From Podarcis bocagei (taxonomy: Eukaryota), in the NCBI GenBank assembly GCA_964188305.1, contig OZ076885.1: a DNA stretch of 64,000 bases. One strand, written 5' to 3'. Under the pieces are notes generated by a model. The model was not told the DNA's origin. It saw only the letters and a program-made list of their open reading frames with translations, and did no database searches. Made by a program: the position numbers and the translations under genes. This document shows positions 18,950 through 45,922 of this stretch, one piece after another. How positions within the stretch are numbered: the stretch's first letter is position 1; each line of letters begins with the position of its first letter.

Positions 18950-19495
18950 TGGCAGGTACCTGATCAAGTGGACTATCCAGGGCCGGATTTAGGTTTGATG
19001 AGGCCCTAAGCTACTGAAGGTAATGGGGCCCTTTATATGTCCAGCTGTCTTTTGTCAACAACAAATTGTCACTGTTTTTTTGTGTTGAATATATGCTATA
19101 TGGTAATTTATGGACCTAATAAGGTATCTAAAGCCATTTGGACATACAAAATGTAGGCACCCTATATACAGAAATGAGCAAGCCAGTGATATTTTAGGGA
19201 GCAGACTAGCAGGCGGGGCCCATTACTTACACCATAGGAGACTACACAAAACACTGTTGCTGTACGTAGGTTTTATTTTATTTGCTTTTTATCTTATATT
19301 TTGGAAATGTACATCCAGGTGTTCTTTTCCTTTAATTTTTTGGGGGGCCCCAAGAGAGTGGGGCCCTAAGCTATAGCTTGTTTAGCTTATACGTAAATCC
19401 GGCACTGGCTAGCCCACGGATGCTTAGGCTGCCTAATAAATCTGTTAGCCTGCGAGGTGCCACAAATCTCTGGGCTGCTCTTTACTGCATCTGTC
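18950..19495 (+). mobile_element. Decayed Penelope-like pLTR interrupted by a hAT MITE
   Basis: ctgatcaagtggactatc[hAT]gctagcccacggatgctta...aataaatctgttagcctgcgaggtgccaca resembles a PLE pLTR end with a dead hammerhead. Confidence 0.55.
18978..19407. mobile_element. Non-autonomous hAT element
   Basis: TIRs CAGGGCCGGATTTA...TAAATCCGGCACTG; ends near-identical to 57662-57967. Confidence 0.85.
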
Positions 19496-19496
19496 G

Positions 19497-19577
19497 TGGA
19501 TGCTTCAGCTTAGATTCCTGCATTGCAAGAGGGCTGGACTAAAGACCCTCGGGGTACCTTTCCAACTCTACGATTCT
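19497..19577 (+). mobile_element. CR1 3' tail abutting the ERCC3 CpG island
   Basis: gattcctgcattgcaag...ctttccaactctacgattctac. Confidence 0.7.
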
Positions 19578-19921
19578 ACGACACCCGACGGTCAGCGACC
19601 TCCTTTCTGCCAAACGGCCGGCCCTGCTGCGCTCCCCGGCAAATCCGCCTCTTTCCTGGGCACTTGGGAAAGCGGCTCCAGGCTGAAAGAGGCTCCATCG
19701 CGGGAACTTTAGCCCTGGGGGCGCACGCCTCTTTCCCTCCCGCGCAACCCCCCCGTTCCTGTCGTCGTCCCCCCCCCCCCCCGCAGATCGGCCATGTTAT
19801 GGAGGCGGAGAGAAACCGGATTCGCTCCCTGTCCTGCTCCGGAAGCGGCGGGGCGAATGGGAAGGGACGCGGAAGGGAGGCGTGAAAGCGGCGTTGCGCA
19901 CTCTGCCGAAGCCGCGTCCCG

Positions 19922-37220
<17,299 letters not shown>

Positions 37221-37465
37221 TACAAGGAGAGTGCATTATGCATCTCTTCTTCCTGTAAAAAGAGGAGATAGATGAGTGAAGCAAACTCGTATTTTACAAA
37301 TGGACTTTACCTTTATTATTTATGTGTGGTATTTCATAGGTAATGCTTTCAATTTTTATTTAACAGTTTAAAGATGACTTCAGAATAATTCTCAGCTGAG
37401 GAAACTATTTTTGTATATGTTTGTAACAAGTACACGGTAAAGGTTCAGATATCTTGAAAGCACTG

Positions 37466-37520
37466 AATAAAAATATTCTGTACAAAAACCACCCGTAAAT
37501 CATCTCATTGTCTCTTTTTC
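37466..37520 (+). terminator. ERCC3 poly(A) signal
   Basis: AATAAA 37466-37471 ~245 nt after the stop; TGTA upstream and a pyrimidine/U-rich tract downstream. Confidence 0.75.
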
Positions 37521-38119
37521 CTCTGACTCCTCTTGGTGCCTCAAATTGGATGCCTTTAGTGAAGACTCAGCCATGCTAAGAACAGTGGTCCTATTGATTT
37601 CAGACCCTTATGTAATGCTTCTGATCTAGTTTTTCCCCTAGCCATAGGCTTCCAAGAAAAAGTGATGAGAGGAGTTGCACATACCTAAGACTGGGAAGTG
37701 TTGAGCCATATTACATATTATGCAGTTTTGGTCCTTAACCATGATGCTTATATTTCCTTTTCAGGCTCAACGGCCAACAATTTTCAGTTCCGTGTTATGC
37801 CAATGATATGGTCCTTTTATCCCAGAGAAGCATTTGAGATGGGTGTTTTAGTTAGGAGATGTAGTAATAAAAACTGACAGGTTACACGAAAATTGAGATG
37901 GTCTTTGAGTATAATCCTCCTTGATTTAAATATACCATGGACAGTCATCTGTTGGAGCAATTTTTCCTCTGCTATGTTTTGTGCAAATAAAGGCTGGTGT
38001 TACCAGATCTAATACACCAGGGCTATAGGCACTGTATAGATATACCATACTGCATTGCGTCTTTTTGAAATGGAGGTACTTCCCAAATAACTTGTGGATC
38101 AGTTCAAACTTAACAGATA

Positions 38120-38345
38120 CCGTGGTACCTCAGGTTACAGACGCTTCAGGTTACAGACTCCACTAACCCAGAAATAGTACCTCAGGTTAAGAACTTTGCT
38201 TCAGGATGAGAACAGAAATTGTGCGGCTCCGGCGCAGCAGCAGTGGGAGGCCCCATTAGCGAAAGTGGTACCTCAGGTTAAGAACAGTTTCAGGTTAAGA
38301 ACTGACCTCCAGAAAGAATTAAGTTCTTAACCCGAGGTACCACTG
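38120..38345. mobile_element. Tc1/mariner MITE, same family as 2124-2365, opposite orientation
   Basis: TA|CCGTGGTACCTCAGGTTA...TAACCCGAGGTACCACTG|TA. Confidence 0.85.
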
Positions 38346-38466
38346 TATAGGGTTTCTACAAAACTTCAAGATCAGTTTCTACAGTGGCTTCTTTCTAGTC
38401 CTAAGAACGTGGCTGCTATAACAATTAAACTGGAAATATACATAGGTGTCTCTACTAAAATTGACA

Positions 38467-38834
38467 GTTACAGATAGGTAGCCGTGTTGGTCTGCCATAG
38501 TCAAAATAAAAAAAAATCCTTCCTGTAGCACAGAGACATTGGATTCTTATCCCATTATACATGACTAAGCCATTTCTCACCTCACCCCTTGCCTTTTCCT
38601 GTAAGACCTATTACAGTCGTTAAGAGTCGTCAACAGGCTCATCTCAGCTACCTGCCAATCTCCCATTCCCACCACCCTTCTGAGTAATACCCCTCCCCAC
38701 CTTCTCACTATATAGAAGGATCTGGCAACTTCTGTTTCAGTGTATCTGAAGAAGTGTGCATGCACACGAAAGCTTATACCAAGAACTAACTTAGTTGGTC
38801 TTTAAGGTGCTACAGGAAGGAATTTTTTTATTTT
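38467..38834 (+). mobile_element. Penelope-like retroelement fragment (pLTR with inverted 5' copy of its 3' end)
   Basis: Flanked by the direct repeat TAAAATTGACAG (38456-38467, 38834-38845); 38503-38531 is the reverse complement of 38807-38834; ends ...ttagttggtctttaaggtgctac; carries a hammerhead motif. Confidence 0.85.
38742..38779 (+). ncRNA. Minimal type I hammerhead ribozyme (PLE-associated)
   Basis: GTAT-CTGAAGA-A-GTGTGCATGCACAC-GAAA-GC-T-T^ATAC: stem I GTAT/ATAC, core CUGANGA and GAAA, palindromic stem II, AGCT palindromic stem III. Confidence 0.8.
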
Positions 38835-39429
38835 AAAATTGACAGGTTTAGGTTAAGAAGTTCTGATGCATCAGGTCAAAGGCCCATTGAGTCCAGATTC
38901 TGCATGCAGGAGTGAGTACAGCAGTAGTCTATCCACTTGTGATTCCCCATTCCTGTTCCAAATAATTCCTGGGCATAATGGCTATGTTATATCTTAGCAT
39001 GCAATGTGTACTTCCCTAATCTGTATACAAAATAAATGACACCTCATGAAAACAGTTGTCACAGATTTGTAAGAGTTTAGGCCAGATGTAGTTTGACCAA
39101 AGAGTTCTTACCAGGCCAAGGTTTACTGAAACAAGGCAGTCCTGAAGGTTGAAGTGAGTGTTTGATATTGGAGAGTGAGAAGAAATTGTGTTTCCATGTT
39201 TGTGTGTTGTTTTTAAGTGACCAATATTGCAACGAAGGAAAGAAAATGGAAGATTTTGCATGTTTCTTCTTGCCTGTTGCATTGTACAAAATAAGTAGCA
39301 CTTTGGGGTATGCATTTGGCAAAAATAGTTGGATGGCAGACAAGTTGCAAACTGATCTTTTAGGTGAAGACGCCTAAAACTACAAAAAGCAAACGAGGTG
39401 TTAGCCTGTATGAAAAATTCCTAAAACCA

Positions 39430-39520
39430 CATTAGGGTGATACTTCTATTTAGCCAACCAAACCCTTCTTAAATAGCACACAAGCTTTCAATTTTTCCAG
39501 AACTCATTATGTTAATTGGT
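39430..39520 (-). mobile_element. Decayed Penelope-like pLTR end of a second family
   Basis: tatttagccaaccaaa...caagctttcaatttttccagaactc; the minus strand retains gagttctgg..GAAAGCTT but has lost CUGANGA. Confidence 0.45.
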
Positions 39521-39680
39521 TTTTAAAAAGCAAAGGATGGTGGTGAAAAATTTTGGCTGATGTTAAAGCCATGGATCAAGTCTGCGTTTCAGTCAGTCTT
39601 AAGATGGAACGTCGGAGGAGGCAGCAGACATTCAAACGGGACTGTAATAATACAGTGGTCTAGTTTGCATGTTGTATTAA

Positions 39681-39965
39681 AAAGGTAAAGGGACCGCTGA
39701 CCATTAGGTCCAGTCGAGACCGACTCTGGGGTTGCGGCACTCATCTCGCTTTATTGGCTGTGGGAGCCGGCGTACAGCTTCCGGGTATGTGGCCAGCATG
39801 ACTAAGCCGCTTCTGGCGAACCAGAGCAGCGCCCGGAAACGTCGTTTACCTTCCCGCCAGAGCGGTACCTATTTATCTACTTGCACTTTGACGTGCTTTC
39901 AAACTGCTAGGTGGGCAGGAGCAGGGACTGAGCAATGGGACCTCACTCCGTCGCGGGGATTCGAA
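39681..39965 (-). mobile_element. Sauria SINE (lacertid type), 5'-truncated
   Basis: aaaggtaaagggacc.ctgaccattaggtccagtcg...tttaccttcccgccagagcggtacctatttatctact...ggggattcgaa (tRNA B box on the minus strand). Confidence 0.88.
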
Positions 39966-40001
39966 TATGTATGAATTGATCAATATAATTATATCTTAAT
40001 G

Positions 40002-40302
40002 GCTATCACATGGAAGAGAGAACAGGCTTGTTTTCTCCTGCTCTGGAGGGTTGGACTCGAACCAATGGCTTCGTGTTACAAGAAAGGAGATTCCGACTAA
40101 ACATCAGGGAGAACTTTCTGACAGGAGGAGCTGTTCGACAGTGGAACGGACTCCCTCAGGAGATTGTGGACTCTCCTTCCTTGGAGGTTTCTAAGCAGAA
40201 GCTGGATGACCATCTGTCTTGGGTGCTTTAGTTGAGATTCCTGCATTGCAGGAGGTTGGACTAGATGGTTCTTGGGATCCCTTCCAACCCTAAAATTCTA
40301 AG
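40002..40302 (+). mobile_element. CR1 LINE 3' end
   Basis: FRLNIRENFLTGGAVRQWNGLPQEIVDSPSLEVSKQKLD; cccttccaaccct..attcta. Confidence 0.88.
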
Positions 40303-43300
40303 AAAAACCCATTGAAGGAATTATGGTACTTGTGCCCCAGGATTTGCCCATTCTTCATTTCACACATCCATGCCACCTCTGTTAATTGGTTTGATTACTC
40401 GAAGATTCTGGCAATTTTCCTAGCATACCTTGTGATTTCCCCTTTTCCATTTAATGCAGCCCAACTGCTGGATTCATTATCATTCATTATCACTTAATTG
40501 GAACAGAGCAGGCCTGGGAGCACATTAAGCTGCTGGGACCTCTCCCCTCCCCCTTGCTGGTGCCTTCAGTGCAATAATAATTCATAATTATCGTCCCCAT
40601 CCCCGCTGCAGCTGTTGTTAAAGGTGGTGCTATCACAACCGAGCCACAATTATTATATTAAGAATTGTATTTTTAATTTTTGCTTCTTTATAAGAATTTG
40701 TTTATTTATTTATTTATTTATTTATTAGTGTGCATATAACCAAAAAAGGAAAAGCAATAGAACTTTAAGAACCAACATAAAATATTACATACAACAGCAG
40801 CCAGTTTAATTAGGCTTCAAAAACTTAGCAAACATAATCTTTAAATTAAATAATCTATGTCATTTTAAAATATGGTTTAGCAACACTAATTTACCAAATA
40901 AAAATATTCTTTATTTGTTGAAAGCCTACCTGTGATGAGAGACTGTCCAACACAGGTATGAAGCTCACTTGGTAGCCTTAGGCTAGTCATTTCCATCTCA
41001 GTCTAATATGGTAATACCCATGCACACTGCTTGGAGCTCCTTGGAGGAAAGGTAATGGATGAATGAAAGAATGTGGCTGCAACAAATGATTCCTGTAAGC
41101 AGGTGCTCACCTAGGCTGGTGAATTAGTAACAACAACATGCTACCACCGAGATGCTTTTAACATTCTGCACATCTCAGGCTAATTCCCTGCTTTCTCATT
41201 AATAGTTATCACAATTGCTATGTCTGCTAGGTGTTGTTATCTGGAGCCTAAAGTAGGGGACTTGTAAGTTATCTGAGAATAAGAAGGTTTCATCTGTTCC
41301 CCTTAGCTGTTGGGTGCTTGTTGTTTGTACATGGTTCCTCATCATCAAAGTTCCTCATCACCAGTCTCTACTTGTGAAGACTTGGGCAAAGAGCCATGTT
41401 GCATATCTTGATATATCAGAACTGTGTTCCTTTGTGTGAGCTTATATATAACCAGAATTGTGTCTTGATTGTAATCTTATAGTCTGCTGCTTTGAATAAA
41501 GGGAGGGGCAATCATCTATTGCTTTCCAGTGGTAGTGTTTTAACTTATGCAATCTTTTTTGGAGACATAATATTACACTGTCATGGGACTGATACCGAAG
41601 CAAACATAAAATCCCAACTACCTTCAACTTTTCCACTTCCACACACCCAGCTCTTACATTAACAGAGTTCCACCAATTCCACCAGCCCAAATATATTGCT
41701 ATGTGGTGTAACTTTTTCCAGTGATGTGGTTAGTGCTCTGCAAGTACAAGGGAATTTGGCGTGATTTCTGTTCTGTCTAGCATGTACAAAGATAGGATCA
41801 TGCAGCAAGTCTGAGTCCAGTCTGCTCTATGGGCTGGTGAAACACTGTTGACAATTATATACCGGTATGCAACCTTTTGAGGTTTCAACTAGCAATATAT
41901 GATCCTCCTGTAACAGTACTGTCAGCTGACGAAAATACGTTGATGAATGATCATAGAAATAATGGGTGGTATATGTTCTATAGCAGGTTTATTGTCAGCA
42001 GTTAGATGTTTCAAGATGGGGGGGGGGGGTGTATTTATAAACCACTACAAGTCTCCTGCCTATATAGCCATTCCCAAAGAAGAATCACAGAGCATTTTCA
42101 ACTGTGACTAGGACCTAATAAAAGAACAACAATAAGCATGCCATACTAGCTAAAAAATCCATGGGAAGTAAAAGGATTTATTATTAAGGATAATTCCTGG
42201 AAGAAAGGTATCTTCTTTCTCTTCAAACACACAACAGTATCTCGTTTTAGGTCTCACTCCTTCAGTCACTACTCAAGCAGAACTCTTTGAAATCAATAGA
42301 AGTTGAGACTGAGTAATGATTGCTGGATGGCTCTGGCGATTGTTTTCTCACTCTTTGAACTTGCCACTTACCAAAATATTTTTTAAAGAAAAGTTTGGCA
42401 TCTGTTATTACAAGCTTTTAATTTGTGAAGACTGATTATGTTCCAAGCAGTCTCTCACTATTGGCCAAAGTAAAAGAGGGGAAAAGTTTGCTTTGTTTTA
42501 CTTGAAAATGTTAGCCTGACTCATAGTGACAGTCATTCTTCATGTTTGTCTTTGTGCCTTTTTCTGACTGCTGTGTAACTTTCAGTTTAATTAGATCGGC
42601 TGTATACAGATTTATCAACCACCACCTAGAGAGAAGATGTCAAATGAACTCAGCAGTCAAGTCAAAATGACATCTGGTCCTTTGACTTCTCTTTTAATTA
42701 AAGGAGAAAAGTGCACAATTTTAATATGAGATCATGGGAACTACTTGGTGTAGGCATTTAAATTGTTAAAAGTAGGACTGTGTGCCTGAAATTTATATTG
42801 TGTGTAATAAAGTGCAGTGTATAGCATAGAGTATGGTGTAACTTTCAATGTATTGTGCTGTGTTAAAAGAAAAGAATTATAAGTTGCAACTTCAGTGAGG
42901 CTATTTGAAGCTCAGTGCAAGAGGTGGGAAGACTTTTACAAAGTCATGTCTGCAAAAGTGGCCAAATGTCCTAAGCTGATATGTACATACAGTCAAAAGG
43001 CTTGAGATAAACAAGTTTCCTCATCCCTTGCCTTTCCCAACACCATGTTCCAACAGCTGTTTCTCCTTTCTCAATAGTCTTAAAAATTCCACCTAGTGTC
43101 ACTATTTTTCTCTTCCTCCTTAGCTAAACCACCATGTTCTGTCTCCCAGGCAATAGATGTTGGCAGTTTCCTACTGCCAGTACCAGGATATGTGCTATTG
43201 ATCTAAACTTTTTCTCATCATCTAAGTTAATTTTAGTTATAGTGTGAGAATGAGAAAAGGAAATGTGAGCTGGATGAACAAAATATTTGGTGAGATATAA

Positions 43301-43325
43301 GCATACATATGCATTAAGTGAAGGC

Positions 43326-43327
<2 letters not shown>

Positions 43328-43369
<42 letters not shown>

Positions 43370-44100
43370 AAAGGACATAGAATGTTAATCAGCCAAAGGC
43401 ATAGTTACAGAGAAATGTTTTCACACAGTGCCTTAAAATATGTAATGAAGGCACCAAGCGTGCTTCCCTTAGGAGAGCATTCCACAAATGGGGAGCCACT
43501 GCAGAAAAGGCCTGTTCTTGTGTTGCCACCTTCTGGACCTCTCCTGGAGGAGGCACATGAAGAAGGGCCTCCAATGATGATCGCAGGGCCTAGGTTGGTT
43601 CATATGGGGAGAGGTGGTCCTTGAGGTATTGTAGTCCTGAGCCATTTAAGGCTTTATAGGTCAAAACCCACTTCCAGAATTGGGCCTGGAAACTAATTGG
43701 CAGCTAGTGCAGTCAAGCCAGTTATATGCTCAAACCATCTTGCCCTGATGAGCAACCTGGCTGCTGAATTCTGCACCGCCTGAAGTTTACAAACTATCTT
43801 CAGCCCCGTGCATAGCAGTAATCTTATCTAGAGGTTATCAGAGCATAGATGGCAGAAGTTAGGCTACTGCGGTCTAGATAGGGGCACTGCTGGGCAACCA
43901 GCTGAAGCTGAAGGCAGGTACTCTGCACCACCGAGGCCACCCACAAGCAACAGCAATGGATCCAGAAGCACTTGCACCTTCAGAGGAAGTGTAACCCCAT
44001 CAAGTGCAAGCAACTTCCTCTCCATCTGGTCTAGGATGGATCTAGGCCCACTAACAATGCCTCAGTCTATCTGGATTGAGCTTCAGTTTGTTGACTCTGT
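43328..44100 (-). mobile_element. L2 LINE 3' fragment
   Basis: QAFSAVAPHLWNAL; LKLNPD-like motif near 44080; (TAA)n tail. Confidence 0.75.
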
Positions 44101-44879
44101 TCTCAGTAAAATTTACTTTAATACCACCCATTGGGCTAGATTCAACTAAACAGCACAAGGCGTTCCAGGGCTTTCTGCCTGCGTGTTCCCACTCCCTCAG
44201 TTAGGTCTGCAGAGTTGGGAGAACCCTCAGAACAGCATGTGAGGGAAAGAGGGGGACATTGTTCCATCTGGCAAGCAGAAATGCATGCACTGATAGGAAA
44301 ACTCATAACAGGAAAATGTTGAATTTCTTCCATTCAGTGGGTTTTCTCTGAGCATGACTTAGATACCACTCCTGGTCTGCAACATAAGTGGAAAACCAAA
44401 CACTGACAAGCAAATAAAATTAATTTAAAATTGGCTTTCTATTGCTTTATGTCCTACATTAGCACATATATTGCACTCTATTGACTAAAAATAACATCAG
44501 TATCCCTTGTGGAATGTGTTAGCAGGACTGTTTCTAGTTATGGAGAAAATATTGATGCTGGCATATTGATAATCCTATAGAAAATTATGTTTTATTGTTA
44601 CTTAAAATTTACATAGCAATGCAGAGCGGGAGTAGAGGAAAAGCCAAGACAGAAACTCAGCCAAGAACAGCGCTACGTTTGGGCAAGTCAGAAGAAAACT
44701 TACGCAGTGAGAAGTGAGGGGAAGAATCTGTTCGGGTTCTCTCAGAGCTGCGAGCTCACTGATGTTGATCGGTTTTCATTGGTTTTAACTTTTGAAAAGT
44801 TCAAAGAGAGATTACAATATAGTTTGAAACTTAGATGATTCTCTGTGTAAACAAAACCAGAATGGTAGGCATGGATACT

Positions 44880-45562
44880 GTTGCACGAGAGTGTTATGCA
44901 ATGTCCGGCAGGTCTGACGTAAAGCAAATCTGTTGAACTGGAAAATGTTAGACAGCTACAAGATACTATTATAGTACTCCAGCAATATGTAAGAAGCAAA
45001 GGGCATGCATGCACACACTTATCAGGATCAGTGGAGGACATCATGGCAAAGATGTGTCATTTATGCAGTTTTGAATACATTTTCAGCATTCTGTGTACAG
45101 AATAACTCAGGGTTCCCCCTCTGGTTATTCTGCTGCACACTGAGTGCCCTTCTTTGTGCAGTTTAGGAATCTGGCTGAACATTAGCTGACACATGGAAAC
45201 CAAGCCGACCAAGAGAAAGAGGCGCCTCACAGCCAAATCCTCCCCTCCTTTTTTTTTTTTTGCCAAAACAGTGGGGAGGAGAGTAGAAAAACCTGCATGT
45301 TGACCAGTTTCAGATCAGACACTCATGTGGGGCATTTCATCTGACCTAAATGAAACAGAATACATGCCGCCTCCTTCCCCTCATGGCAGGCCACTCCGCC
45401 TTTTCCCAGCCTCAGGGGAGGGAGCCTTTAATAATGGTCTGTGTAAACTGATGCTCAGGCAGCGAAGAGTTTGGGGAAGAAGCACTGCTGGACGAGAAAT
45501 CCCACAGAGGAGCCGCGACTCAATGAAAGGCGGCAGCCCCTGAAGGGCAGCAGACAGAGAAA
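44880..45562 (+). promoter_or_regulatory. CYP27C1 proximal promoter/5' UTR
   Basis: Non-repetitive sequence rising into a CpG island; DR4-like GGATCAgtggAGGACA 45025-45040, TCATGTG 45323-45329, TGACCT 45342-45347, TATA-like TTTAATAA ~45427. Confidence 0.6.
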
Positions 45563-45922
45563 ATGTCTCTCCTCGCCAAGGTCTTGAGAAGGGACTGCAG
45601 GCAGGTGCTGGAGCCTCGCAGGAGCTGCGTTGGCGGCGTGGCTTTTGTCAGCAGGCTTCACCAGCTGCCCAAACTTTCAGGCAGCCCGTCCCTGGAGGGG
45701 CAGAAGGAGGCAGCTGCGAGAGCGGAGGACAAAGACGACGACGAGGAGGAGGAGATGGGGGCAGCTTCGGACCGTGGAGCCCGGGGGCTCCTCCTCGACG
45801 CCTGCCAGCACCCGAGCCACCAGAGAGTGAGGAGCCTGAGGGAAATGCCCGGACCTAAGACCTTCTCCAATCTGGTCGAGTTTTTCTGGAAGGATGGCTT
45901 TAGCCGCATTCACGAGATCCAG
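45563..45922 (+). CDS. CYP27C1: CYP27C1 exon 1 coding part
   Basis: MSLLAKVLRR...MPGPKTFSNLVEFFWKDGFSRIHEIQ|gtacca. Confidence 0.9.
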
